Below are positions 26,265 through 34,561 of a stretch of DNA of 64,000 bases, one piece after another. A program made the translations under genes and the position numbers. Below the pieces are notes generated by a model. That model saw nothing but the letters and a program-made list of their open reading frames with translations, was not told the DNA's origin and searched no databases. The stretch lies in IMG/VR virus record IMGVR_UViG_3300033463_004542, positions 1 to 64,000 of that record; one strand, 5' to 3'. How positions within the stretch are numbered: the stretch's first letter is position 1; each line of letters begins with the position of its first letter. This DNA is from a virus. Its lineage: Duplodnaviria; Caudoviricetes.

Positions 26265-28433
26265 TTATTGAGGAGCGGTCCACTGCCAGGTAATTGTACC
26301 GGAATCATAGACTTGAGCATAGCCGTGAGATTCCATTATTTCTCGCTCTGTTTTGGATAAATCAATGTTATCATCTTGTAAGAAATTCTTAAGATTATGT
26401 TTCTGTGCATTCACTCTATTATATGCTTTATCATCTCGTGTATCTACCCACACATAATTTTCATTACTTGTTGATAATTTATCAAATCCAAGAGTTTTAT
26501 AAAGTGCTCCACGAGTATGTGCTCTATCCGAAAATGAACGAATTCTCACAGGTGAATATCTTTTTATAAAATAAGTAAACAACTTAGAAGCTCCTCCAAC
26601 AACAGAAGTATTGAGTTTATTGCAGAATCTAACTAATTCCCAACAATCAGAAAAATCTTCATTTCCTAATCCCAGTGTATTACGGAGTTTGCCAAAAGTC
26701 ATGAGAGATACTAATTCATCATTATGATATAATCCAAGTCTGACTTTTGAATGTACTCCTCCTTGTCTATGGTTGGTTTGTAAGAACTCAAAACTATCCT
26801 TACCCGGAACTGTTCGTATTTCACAATTTCGCGCATATACTTTATTCAGATTATTTCCAATCAAATTGCGTAGCATTGATATAACTATATCACGCTTGTG
26901 GGTCCATTCGTATCCAAATACATGAAATAAGAAAATTCCTGATTTTTCACACAAATCAGATTTCATTCTGTGATAACTTGGAGGTGTTACGCTATCATGT
27001 CCATGCGAAGGGAATGAAGAATTATGTGTCCATGTAGGATTCATTTCTATGCCTATTTTATATTCAGGCAAATAAATGTCAATTTCATATGGTTTGATTA
27101 AATCTCGTCTATGCCGAGTTATCTGAATATTGGGATTTATCTCTTTAATATAAGTAATAAGCTCTTCTTCAAAATAAGATAAGGAATATTTTATCATGTC
27201 AAGTTTATTATGCTTACTTAAACACCAATATACAGTAGAAGCACTTGCACCCGAAGCTTCTTCTACTTGTTTATAAGTCGGCTTATCTTTGAAATGTAGT
27301 TTAATAAATTCTTCGGGATTATTTAAAAATGCTTCAAGTTCTTTTTCTTTAGATGGGTCTATCATAATAGCTTTATGGAATTCTAAAGATTCTCTATAAT
27401 GAGGTCTGCCATATTTCCTGGTCATTGTATCTGCAATTTTTGATTGTATTTCGGGATTCTGTGCAGCATTTGGAAATCCGTATTTTTGAATATTAGTTTC
27501 TTTAATCTTTTCCACAAGCTTGGGAGATTGTAGAACATATGGAGCATCATACCTGTCAATCATAGTTTGTTTGACTCGTGCTTGAATATCTGGAGATTGT
27601 AAAGCATGTTCAACACCATATCTGTCTTTATTTGTTTGCTTCATCTTATTTTGTACATCTGGATTCTGCATAGGGTTATCATATCCTGTTTTAACCTTGT
27701 AATTAGCAAGACCCTTTTTGCGAAGTTCTTCTGATTGAAACGGATTTGTAACACCATAATGTTTCATCAAAGTATCTTCAGTTTTAGATTTCCAATCTTC
27801 TGTCTGACTTTTCCAATCAGCTCCAAACTTCTCTCTATTTGTTTGAATAGATTTTTCTTTGTATGCTTCTTTAAGTTGAGGAAACCTCTTAACACCATAC
27901 TTATTTTGCATTGTAGAATCCATTTTACCTTTAAATTCTTCACTATGCATAGGATGGTCAACGCCATATTTATCAATCATAGTTTGCTTAGCTTTTTCAC
28001 GACATTCAGCTTTAGAAAAGGGATTTCCGTTTATGAACTTGAGTTGTGTAGCACATTCTTTAGAACAGGTTTGTGGTATGCCTGTAGCACCTCCAGAACG
28101 ATATTTCTCTATACTAAATGATTTTCCACAAATAACACATTCACGATAATGAATGTCTGGACAGACAGATTGAGTATTATTTTTAGGAATGAATTCTTTT
28201 CCGCATAAAGCACACTTTCGAGGATGATTAGCATAATAAGAAACAGATTGCTTATGTGCATATTCATTCTGGCATTTCTGAGAACAGCATGAAGGATAAG
28301 TAAGTGTACACTTGGATTCATAATCTGCTCCACAGTTAGCACACTTGCGTATAACAAGTTTATTACAATATTTCTGTCTAGATGATTTAGGCATAAATTC
28401 ATCTCCGCAGATAACGCATCTTTTAATTTTCAT
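26265..28433 (-). CDS. Hef-like putative homing endonuclease (Zn-finger repeats, KYGV.NP repeats, PD-(D/E)XK/Vsr-like domain, C-terminal GNAT-like domain)
   Basis: CVICG/CANCG repeats; about eight KYG..P repeats; EIDIYLPEYKIGIEMN.TWTH; WELVRFC..VVGGASKL. Confidence 0.75.
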   Translation of the reverse strand: MKIKRCVICGDEFMPKSSRQKYCNKLVIRKCANCGADYESKCTLTYPSCCSQKCQNEYAHKQSVSYYANHPRKCALCGKEFIPKNNTQSVCPDIHYRECVICGKSFSIEKYRSGGATGIPQTCSKECATQLKFINGNPFSKAECREKAKQTMIDKYGVDHPMHSEEFKGKMDSTMQNKYGVKRFPQLKEAYKEKSIQTNREKFGADWKSQTEDWKSKTEDTLMKHYGVTNPFQSEELRKKGLANYKVKTGYDNPMQNPDVQNKMKQTNKDRYGVEHALQSPDIQARVKQTMIDRYDAPYVLQSPKLVEKIKETNIQKYGFPNAAQNPEIQSKIADTMTRKYGRPHYRESLEFHKAIMIDPSKEKELEAFLNNPEEFIKLHFKDKPTYKQVEEASGASASTVYWCLSKHNKLDMIKYSLSYFEEELITYIKEINPNIQITRHRRDLIKPYEIDIYLPEYKIGIEMNPTWTHNSSFPSHGHDSVTPPSYHRMKSDLCEKSGIFLFHVFGYEWTHKRDIVISMLRNLIGNNLNKVYARNCEIRTVPGKDSFEFLQTNHRQGGVHSKVRLGLYHNDELVSLMTFGKLRNTLGLGNEDFSDCWELVRFCNKLNTSVVGGASKLFTYFIKRYSPVRIRSFSDRAHTRGALYKTLGFDKLSTSNENYVWVDTRDDKAYNRVNAQKHNLKNFLQDDNIDLSKTEREIMESHGYAQVYDSGTITWQWTAPQ

Positions 28434-28563
28434 ATTAGAATATCCTCCTTACATAGCATAACGATATTATAATATGAAACATAATTAAATAAAAGAGTTC
28501 AATTAAAATTTGCTATAATGTTTTTGACCAAAGTCATCTACATAATATAATTACTGCAAAAAT

Positions 28564-28592
28564 AAAAAGACCCTTGATTTCTCAAGGGTCTT
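28564..28592 (-). terminator. Terminator downstream of major capsid gene
   Basis: AAGACCCTTGA-GAAA-TCAAGGGTCTT followed by T tract. Confidence 0.85.
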
Positions 28593-28673
28593 GATATTTG
28601 AAGTGAAATTTAATTTTAAGTTTTAGAAAGGAGAACCGACTGGTCAGGTTGGACCTCCGTTAGTTCTGAATTA

Positions 28674-30137
28674 TCAGAATGCGCCAAGAACCTTACCAGA
28701 TACTACCGTGGCGGGATTGACGATTTTGGTTGCATACATTGTTGCGAAGCCGCTCTGTACAGATGCATTAGCAAGGCCGATGTCATCTGTCTTCATCATA
28801 GGCATATACTCGCCGTAAAGAGCGCTCGAACGACGGATGTCGTTGGACTTGCAGCACATAACCCAAGTATTAGGGTCATAGTAAGGGTCAACGTAGATTG
28901 TGTACTGGTCAAGAGTACCGAGCTTATAAGGACCAACCGGGTCTTCAGCAGAAGCTGCTACGAAACCAGGAAGTCTAGAAATAAGTGAAGCAACCTTTGT
29001 ACCAACGATAAGTCTGTTCGGCCTTGCGAGGTTCGTTGCCTGATATACGCTGTTAGCAGCATCATCAAGCTTGAACTTGAAGAGGTTCAGGAAGTCCGAA
29101 GGCATAACTGCACCATTGAATGCAAGAGATGCATCCCAGTTATACTGAGGAGCATATGTTGCTGCTGCAGCGAGCTGGTTGAAGCAATAGCTGTTGATTT
29201 CAGCTGTGAGTTCGGAGAATGCAGCCTCCTTGGAAATCTCACCAATGTTTGCACCGTACTCCTGCTGAGCTGCGAATGCAGAATAGATGGACCAATAAGA
29301 TGCGATTTCATGAGCCTCAGCAATCATGTTAATCTCATCGAGCTTGAGATAACCCTTAGCCATCTTTGCGCCATAGTTACCAGCTGCATCGGGACCAACT
29401 GTCTCGTTGTCATACTCATAAGTAGCAAGAACTTCGTCACCTGTGAGTGTTGTGATAACGCCTGTAGCATAATTGATTGAACCAGCAGAAGCACCGCCGC
29501 CTACAGGAATGATGTCACCAGCACCATCGTCAACATACTTTGTTGTTGTGCCGCCTGTCGTAACTGCAAAGGAAACAGAACCAGGAAGGATAGGTGTATA
29601 AGCGAGTGTGCCGTTTGCAACTGTCTCGTTCTTTACAACTCTACCTGTGAAGTTCGGGTCATAACCCTGACGGTTAACAAATGCAGAAGAAAGGATATCG
29701 CCTGCCTTTGTCTCGCCCTTTGTGTTCTCTGCGATGAACTTGAAGTAAGGAATAATCTGCTGTCTTGACTTCATTGCAACAGAACCAAATACATCAAGAA
29801 CGAGGAGCTTCTGAACGAACATCGGAAGAAGCTCGACGAAATCAGGCTTTGCCATGATATTAGAAGTATTTGTAGCTGCTGTGATTGCAGACATCTTACG
29901 TGTGTTAGCGATAAGCTGGTTAGCAAAGATTCTCTGCTCAGGAGTGAGGTTAAGAGAAGCTTCTACAGACTGCCTTGCAATAGGGCGAGCCTTTCTGGAA
30001 CGACCAGCTGCTGTAATAGAAGTACCAGCATTGATGCTACGAGGTGCAGAATAACCAATACGAGAAGGTCTGCTCATTCTGCTAGAAGCAGTAATGCTAG
30101 AAGGAGTAACTCTACGAGTTGTCTTTTTAATAGCCAT
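28674..30137 (-). CDS. Major capsid protein (T4 gp23-like)
   Basis: LLVLDVFGSVAM, ELTAEIN, GTLDQYTIYVDPY, YGEYMP, GFATMYA patterns; follows the protease gene. Confidence 0.9.
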   Translation of the reverse strand: MAIKKTTRRVTPSSITASSRMSRPSRIGYSAPRSINAGTSITAAGRSRKARPIARQSVEASLNLTPEQRIFANQLIANTRKMSAITAATNTSNIMAKPDFVELLPMFVQKLLVLDVFGSVAMKSRQQIIPYFKFIAENTKGETKAGDILSSAFVNRQGYDPNFTGRVVKNETVANGTLAYTPILPGSVSFAVTTGGTTTKYVDDGAGDIIPVGGGASAGSINYATGVITTLTGDEVLATYEYDNETVGPDAAGNYGAKMAKGYLKLDEINMIAEAHEIASYWSIYSAFAAQQEYGANIGEISKEAAFSELTAEINSYCFNQLAAAATYAPQYNWDASLAFNGAVMPSDFLNLFKFKLDDAANSVYQATNLARPNRLIVGTKVASLISRLPGFVAASAEDPVGPYKLGTLDQYTIYVDPYYDPNTWVMCCKSNDIRRSSALYGEYMPMMKTDDIGLANASVQSGFATMYATKIVNPATVVSGKVLGAF

Positions 30138-30176
30138 TTTTGTCTCCTAGTGTTTAATATCTTTAATATAGTTAAG

Positions 30177-31640
30177 TTACAGTACTGCTAAATTGTCACT
30201 GCCGTCATCAATATCGTCAACATCTACGGGAAGAATTGCTTCTTCATAAGACGGATTAACTCCGATGTTAGATGTATTCATTGCTCCTTGGATTAAGTTT
30301 TCCAATTCACGAACGGAAGTTGACGCAGTTACTGTTAAGCCAGATGCTTGAATTCCTATCGCATTAGCATAAATATTAGCATACGCTTGCTGATATTCAA
30401 GTAATGCACTCTCCATAGCCTGAACTCTGTCCTCGAGGGACTCAAGTTCTCTATTAGAAGCAGATATCTCAGCCTTAAGATTTCTCAATTGCTCACCACG
30501 GTTTGATGCTTCTTTCGTCGCATTCGTACTTGCAACAACAGTTTTGTTAAGTTCGGAACGCAAGTCTGCAATAGCAGCATCTTTTGCTTGGATATCAGAT
30601 GAGGAACTCTCAATCTTCTGTCTATAAATAAGGTTGTTTTTACGAGCCGATTCTAATTCTTTCATTATTTCAGAATTCTTATTGTTGATAGCTCGTAATT
30701 CGTTCTCAAGTTGCTTGTTAGCAACGACTAACTTCTTTCTTGATTTGTTAGATTCATTAATCTTTGATTGCATTAATTTTTCTTGACTTGCTGTTATTCT
30801 TTCGATAGTTTTTAATCTTCTTGTATATTTTGTTTTTGTTGCTAATAAATCGGAATGTAACTTCTTATTTGCTTTTACTTCCTCAAGATAAAGTTCAGTC
30901 AGGGCTCTGAGTTTCTTGCCCATTATTTCTTCTTTATCTTCATCAGAACAGTCAGGGCATTCATCATCGGCTACTCCGATATCTGCTTTACGAGCCTCAA
31001 GTTTCTTGTACTGTTCAGAATCAGGATTAAACTGTTCCTGCATTGCTTCAATTGTATTGATATTAGTGATATCACTAATATTCTTTTCAATTGCAGCACA
31101 TACTCTCTTATATTTAACCTGGTCGTCAAGATTCTTTGATGCAGCTATCTGCTGGAACTCAGGAATTGCGTCTACATAAGCAGGGAACGCAACTAAATCA
31201 AAACCTCTAAATACAAATGTTTCGGGGTCTACATTTCCTTCGGAATCTACATCACCTGCGCCACGAATCGAGATGCCCCACTGCACGCCTGCGTCAATAA
31301 ATGATTTAACTATACGACCTACAGGAGTATCAATAAGGTCAAATGTACCATAAATCTCATCGTTATCTGTGATTTCCATTGATGTCATGACAATACAAGC
31401 ATCTTTGAAGTCTTGACATCCAGGGTCTTCAGGGTGACCTAAGAATCCGATGTAGTAGCCATGTTCGATAGCATCCTTGTACTCATCGGAAGCAAGTAAA
31501 TGTTCAAATAACTCACGATTTAATTTCATATCGTTGTTATTGAATACTGCTGCGTCACAGCACTTTCCGGTGAAAGTTCCGATAATTGAGGATTTCTTCG
31601 GCTCTTCTATAGCTGATGTTATTTTAGCTTTATTAGCCAT
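30177..31640 (-). CDS. Prohead protease (T4 gp21-like) fused to coiled-coil scaffold
   Basis: GFLGHP, TPVGRIV, GISIRGAG, FDLVAFPA motifs; long C-terminal coiled coil. Confidence 0.88.
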   Translation of the reverse strand: MANKAKITSAIEEPKKSSIIGTFTGKCCDAAVFNNNDMKLNRELFEHLLASDEYKDAIEHGYYIGFLGHPEDPGCQDFKDACIVMTSMEITDNDEIYGTFDLIDTPVGRIVKSFIDAGVQWGISIRGAGDVDSEGNVDPETFVFRGFDLVAFPAYVDAIPEFQQIAASKNLDDQVKYKRVCAAIEKNISDITNINTIEAMQEQFNPDSEQYKKLEARKADIGVADDECPDCSDEDKEEIMGKKLRALTELYLEEVKANKKLHSDLLATKTKYTRRLKTIERITASQEKLMQSKINESNKSRKKLVVANKQLENELRAINNKNSEIMKELESARKNNLIYRQKIESSSSDIQAKDAAIADLRSELNKTVVASTNATKEASNRGEQLRNLKAEISASNRELESLEDRVQAMESALLEYQQAYANIYANAIGIQASGLTVTASTSVRELENLIQGAMNTSNIGVNPSYEEAILPVDVDDIDDGSDNLAVL

Positions 31641-31708
31641 TTATAATCGCCTCCATAGGTATGTATATATGATTATAGATGCCATTATAAAAGGTTATTA
31701 ATTAAATA

Positions 31709-32070
31709 TTGACGAACCCATCAACTAAAGTTAATGGGATTTCATAGGAAGGATGCTATTATTGTGAACCATTACTGGGAGCCTTATTCCTACAGGTGTC
31801 GCCAAGCCGCCGCTATACAGTCACTCAAAATTGAGTTTCTGCTTACTTGTAATTTTGTAGTTCCTTAATGTGCGAAAGTCATTATGCACTACATTTTTAC
31901 GGAAGTCTAACCGACATTTAAGATTTTACCTTGCGAATGATTAGTCGCAAGAACCTCATATCTTAACTTGTCAAGGAACGATATACTTAAATTATATGAT
32001 TTCGTTTAGACGAAATCAAGCGGGCTTACATCCCTGAAGCTAAAGCATCAGGGTTTTACGCCTGAATTAT
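31709..32070 (-). mobile_element. Non-autonomous IS200/IS605-type element (no tnpA/tnpB)
   Basis: Left-end hairpin GGCGTAAAACCCTGATGCTTTAGCTTCAGGGATGTAAGCC after TTTAT; right-end hairpin CCCATTAACTTTAGTTGATGGG ending GTCAA; no ORF. Confidence 0.7.
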
Positions 32071-32072
32071 AT

Positions 32073-32099
32073 AAAAGCAGGCCTAAATTGACCTGCTTT
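32073..32099 (-). terminator. Terminator hairpin
   Basis: AAAGCAGG..CCTGCTTT(T). Confidence 0.7.
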
Positions 32100-32628
32100 A
32101 GAGGTAATTGCTCATATCTGCCGCATATTTTGTATCACTGCAAGCATCAACGTCTTCGTAGACATTAAGGCATTCTGCAAACTTAGGATGTTCTTCAAAG
32201 AATTCATCAAGAGCAGAACCACTAAGAACTCTATCACGTATATCTGCAAGTAAATCATTTTTCCCTGCAAGTGAACCGGGCCAGAACTGATATTTTTCAT
32301 GCGGGTCTGAACGATTGATAAAGATATAGAGAGGAGCCATCTTGCTATATATGTCAAAGAATCTGCTTCCTTGACCTTCTGCCGAAGTATCCCATCTACC
32401 CACTGCATCCCAGTCTATTCCGCCGTGATTATCAATTCTACTTCCGATACGAGCAAGTTTTACTGCTCCTTCAAATGTAAGAGGTTGCCACAGTTCAAGT
32501 CCACCATCTTCTGCTAACTTTACTGCTTCATCAGAAGTAGGTTCGCCATTGAATTGTTTCCAAGCTCTACGAGATTTTGCACTTGCTTGTATATAACTTG
32601 ACGGATACTTCGTGAATTTTCTCTTCAT
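32098..32628 (-). CDS. Hypothetical protein with MKRKFTKYPSSYIQAS leader
   Basis: 176 aa; W..SA....FF..Y....PLYIFI...EKYQF pattern recalled from phage proteins. Confidence 0.65.
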   Translation of the reverse strand: MKRKFTKYPSSYIQASAKSRRAWKQFNGEPTSDEAVKLAEDGGLELWQPLTFEGAVKLARIGSRIDNHGGIDWDAVGRWDTSAEGQGSRFFDIYSKMAPLYIFINRSDPHEKYQFWPGSLAGKNDLLADIRDRVLSGSALDEFFEEHPKFAECLNVYEDVDACSDTKYAADMSNYL

Positions 32629-32644
32629 ATTAAATAGTTCTCCT

Positions 32645-32935
32645 TTATATGATATCAGGTGCTTCGTCTAATTCGACTAAATCTACATTCAGTTCAACTC
32701 CGCGATGATAAAGATGAACATAGAAAGAACTATCAATTAAATCTGAACTACTGAGATTTTCAATAGACTGAATGCTCTCATTAAATTCTTCGGTATCTAT
32801 ATCGTCTCTGTTTTCCCACCAATATCTATAATTCATGAGTAAATATTCTTTAACAGAATCTAATGAAGTATAGATTCTTTCTACCCATGTATCATTATAT
32901 TGGCCAGTGGCAGTGATTACAAATACTTTGCTCAT
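32645..32935 (-). CDS. Hypothetical protein
   Basis: 96 aa. Confidence 0.6.
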   Translation of the reverse strand: MSKVFVITATGQYNDTWVERIYTSLDSVKEYLLMNYRYWWENRDDIDTEEFNESIQSIENLSSSDLIDSSFYVHLYHRGVELNVDLVELDEAPDII

Positions 32936-32948
32936 TGTAATTCTCCAA

Positions 32949-33329
32949 TTACTTCATATCGTTTCCGATTAACTTACTAGTGAGTCTGACCATGCCGCCG
33001 ATTGCTAATGTCTTGAGAGCCTCTGAAATAAGTCCGCCCTCGACTACTTCACCTTCATCAGTGACATCTTGAATTTCCTCAAATTCTACACCGTCTGCTC
33101 CAAGTTCATCATAAGTCTCTTCGACAATATCTGTAACTTCATCAACTACTTCCGGCTCCACCTCAACATCTTCGGCATTGTTGTAGTCGATACGATATTG
33201 AGAATCACCAATAGTGATTAAAGCAAAATTTTCGTTGTCAAATACATTGATGTCTTTGTCTGCTAACTCATCTATCTGACGAAGGAAATCTAAAAGGGCT
33301 GCAGGCGTAAATAATGTTTCATTATCCAT
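32949..33329 (-). CDS. Hypothetical acidic protein
   Basis: 126 aa with RBS. Confidence 0.6.
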   Translation of the reverse strand: MDNETLFTPAALLDFLRQIDELADKDINVFDNENFALITIGDSQYRIDYNNAEDVEVEPEVVDEVTDIVEETYDELGADGVEFEEIQDVTDEGEVVEGGLISEALKTLAIGGMVRLTSKLIGNDMK

Positions 33330-33360
33330 TTATATCATCTCCTTAAAAAGAACTCCTACA

Positions 33361-34140
33361 TTAATCTTTATTATAGAATAAGATATTCATTTCATATTCT
33401 ACAATAGCATTAATGATGTCTTCAAAATCTGCTTCATCACCAGGTAACTGAGAGTCTGCACACCAATCAATATCATAATCAGCAACAGATTTCTTAATCT
33501 TCTGAGCTAATTCGGATTCATAATCGTATAATAAATCATACGCTTCTTTTTTCAATTGTTTAGCGACTTTGTCCTTAATAGAATCCATATCGTTGCTTGC
33601 TGATACTCTCTTCTTGCCGCTAACTTTTGTAGAAGCATCTAAGAAGAAATCTTCGAGTTCTTGCTGGCTTGGATTCATTCCACCCGATGTTCTAGGAGCA
33701 ACAGGTTCAGTTATGATTTCTTCAGGCATCTCTGAAAGTTCCGGCTGTGTACCATATTGATACTTTCCTTTTCTCTGCTTGAGATAATCGTAGCATTCGT
33801 AAACATCTGCAACAGTGATACCTGAATGCATATAATCAACTTCTTCAGCATCATTATTTCTCTTCCAATCAGTAGAAGGAATACCATAATCTTCAAAGTA
33901 GATTTTTACAACTTGCTTTGCTTTATCTGCGAACCAATTACGAATATCTGCTTCAGATTTTCCGCGGAAACCGCTTTGCCAATCTGTATCATCTACTTCT
34001 AAGTCAGTACCGTTGACATCTGCATATCCCCAGTACTTACCCATGCGACCGCTATTCTCCCAGATGCCGTCTGAAAGTTGCCCTAATACGCTATCAACAA
34101 CTTCTGCTCTCATCTTGTTTCCTAATGGAATAGTAATCAT
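33361..34140 (-). CDS. Hypothetical two-segment protein
   Basis: 259 aa; linker containing LDAS and VSAS. Confidence 0.65.
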   Translation of the reverse strand: MITIPLGNKMRAEVVDSVLGQLSDGIWENSGRMGKYWGYADVNGTDLEVDDTDWQSGFRGKSEADIRNWFADKAKQVVKIYFEDYGIPSTDWKRNNDAEEVDYMHSGITVADVYECYDYLKQRKGKYQYGTQPELSEMPEEIITEPVAPRTSGGMNPSQQELEDFFLDASTKVSGKKRVSASNDMDSIKDKVAKQLKKEAYDLLYDYESELAQKIKKSVADYDIDWCADSQLPGDEADFEDIINAIVEYEMNILFYNKD

Positions 34141-34160
34141 ATTTGTATCTCCTTTGCTAA

Positions 34161-34550
34161 TTATTCAATACACTTTGTATATTCTTCATCAAATTCCCAA
34201 AAGAGTGGAGTGACATATTTTTGTAAATCACTCGGCTTCTTAATCTTTCTCATATCATAAGTAGTTCTGATAGTGAATTCAAAATCATCTACTTTACAAT
34301 CTACTTCAATTGTTTTAGAATCCTCATCGATGTATGCTCTCAAATCAATGATATCATCCATCTGAAATGAATATGATTCTTCATGTCTTAACCTATCTTC
34401 AAGAGGGATTTCAATATATTCTATTTCATCATCACGAGTGAAGAAATCATCGTTTTCAAGGAAAGACTGTGCTTTTATTTCTTCTTGCGATTTTACCCAA
34501 TCTTGAATTCTCTTAGACGCAGTGATTTTTTGATTCTTACGTATCTTCAT
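34161..34550 (-). CDS. Hypothetical protein with MKIRKNQKITAS leader
   Basis: AAGGAG RBS supports start near 34550. Confidence 0.6.
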   Translation of the reverse strand: MKIRKNQKITASKRIQDWVKSQEEIKAQSFLENDDFFTRDDEIEYIEIPLEDRLRHEESYSFQMDDIIDLRAYIDEDSKTIEVDCKVDDFEFTIRTTYDMRKIKKPSDLQKYVTPLFWEFDEEYTKCIE

Positions 34551-34561
34551 CTTTATACTCC

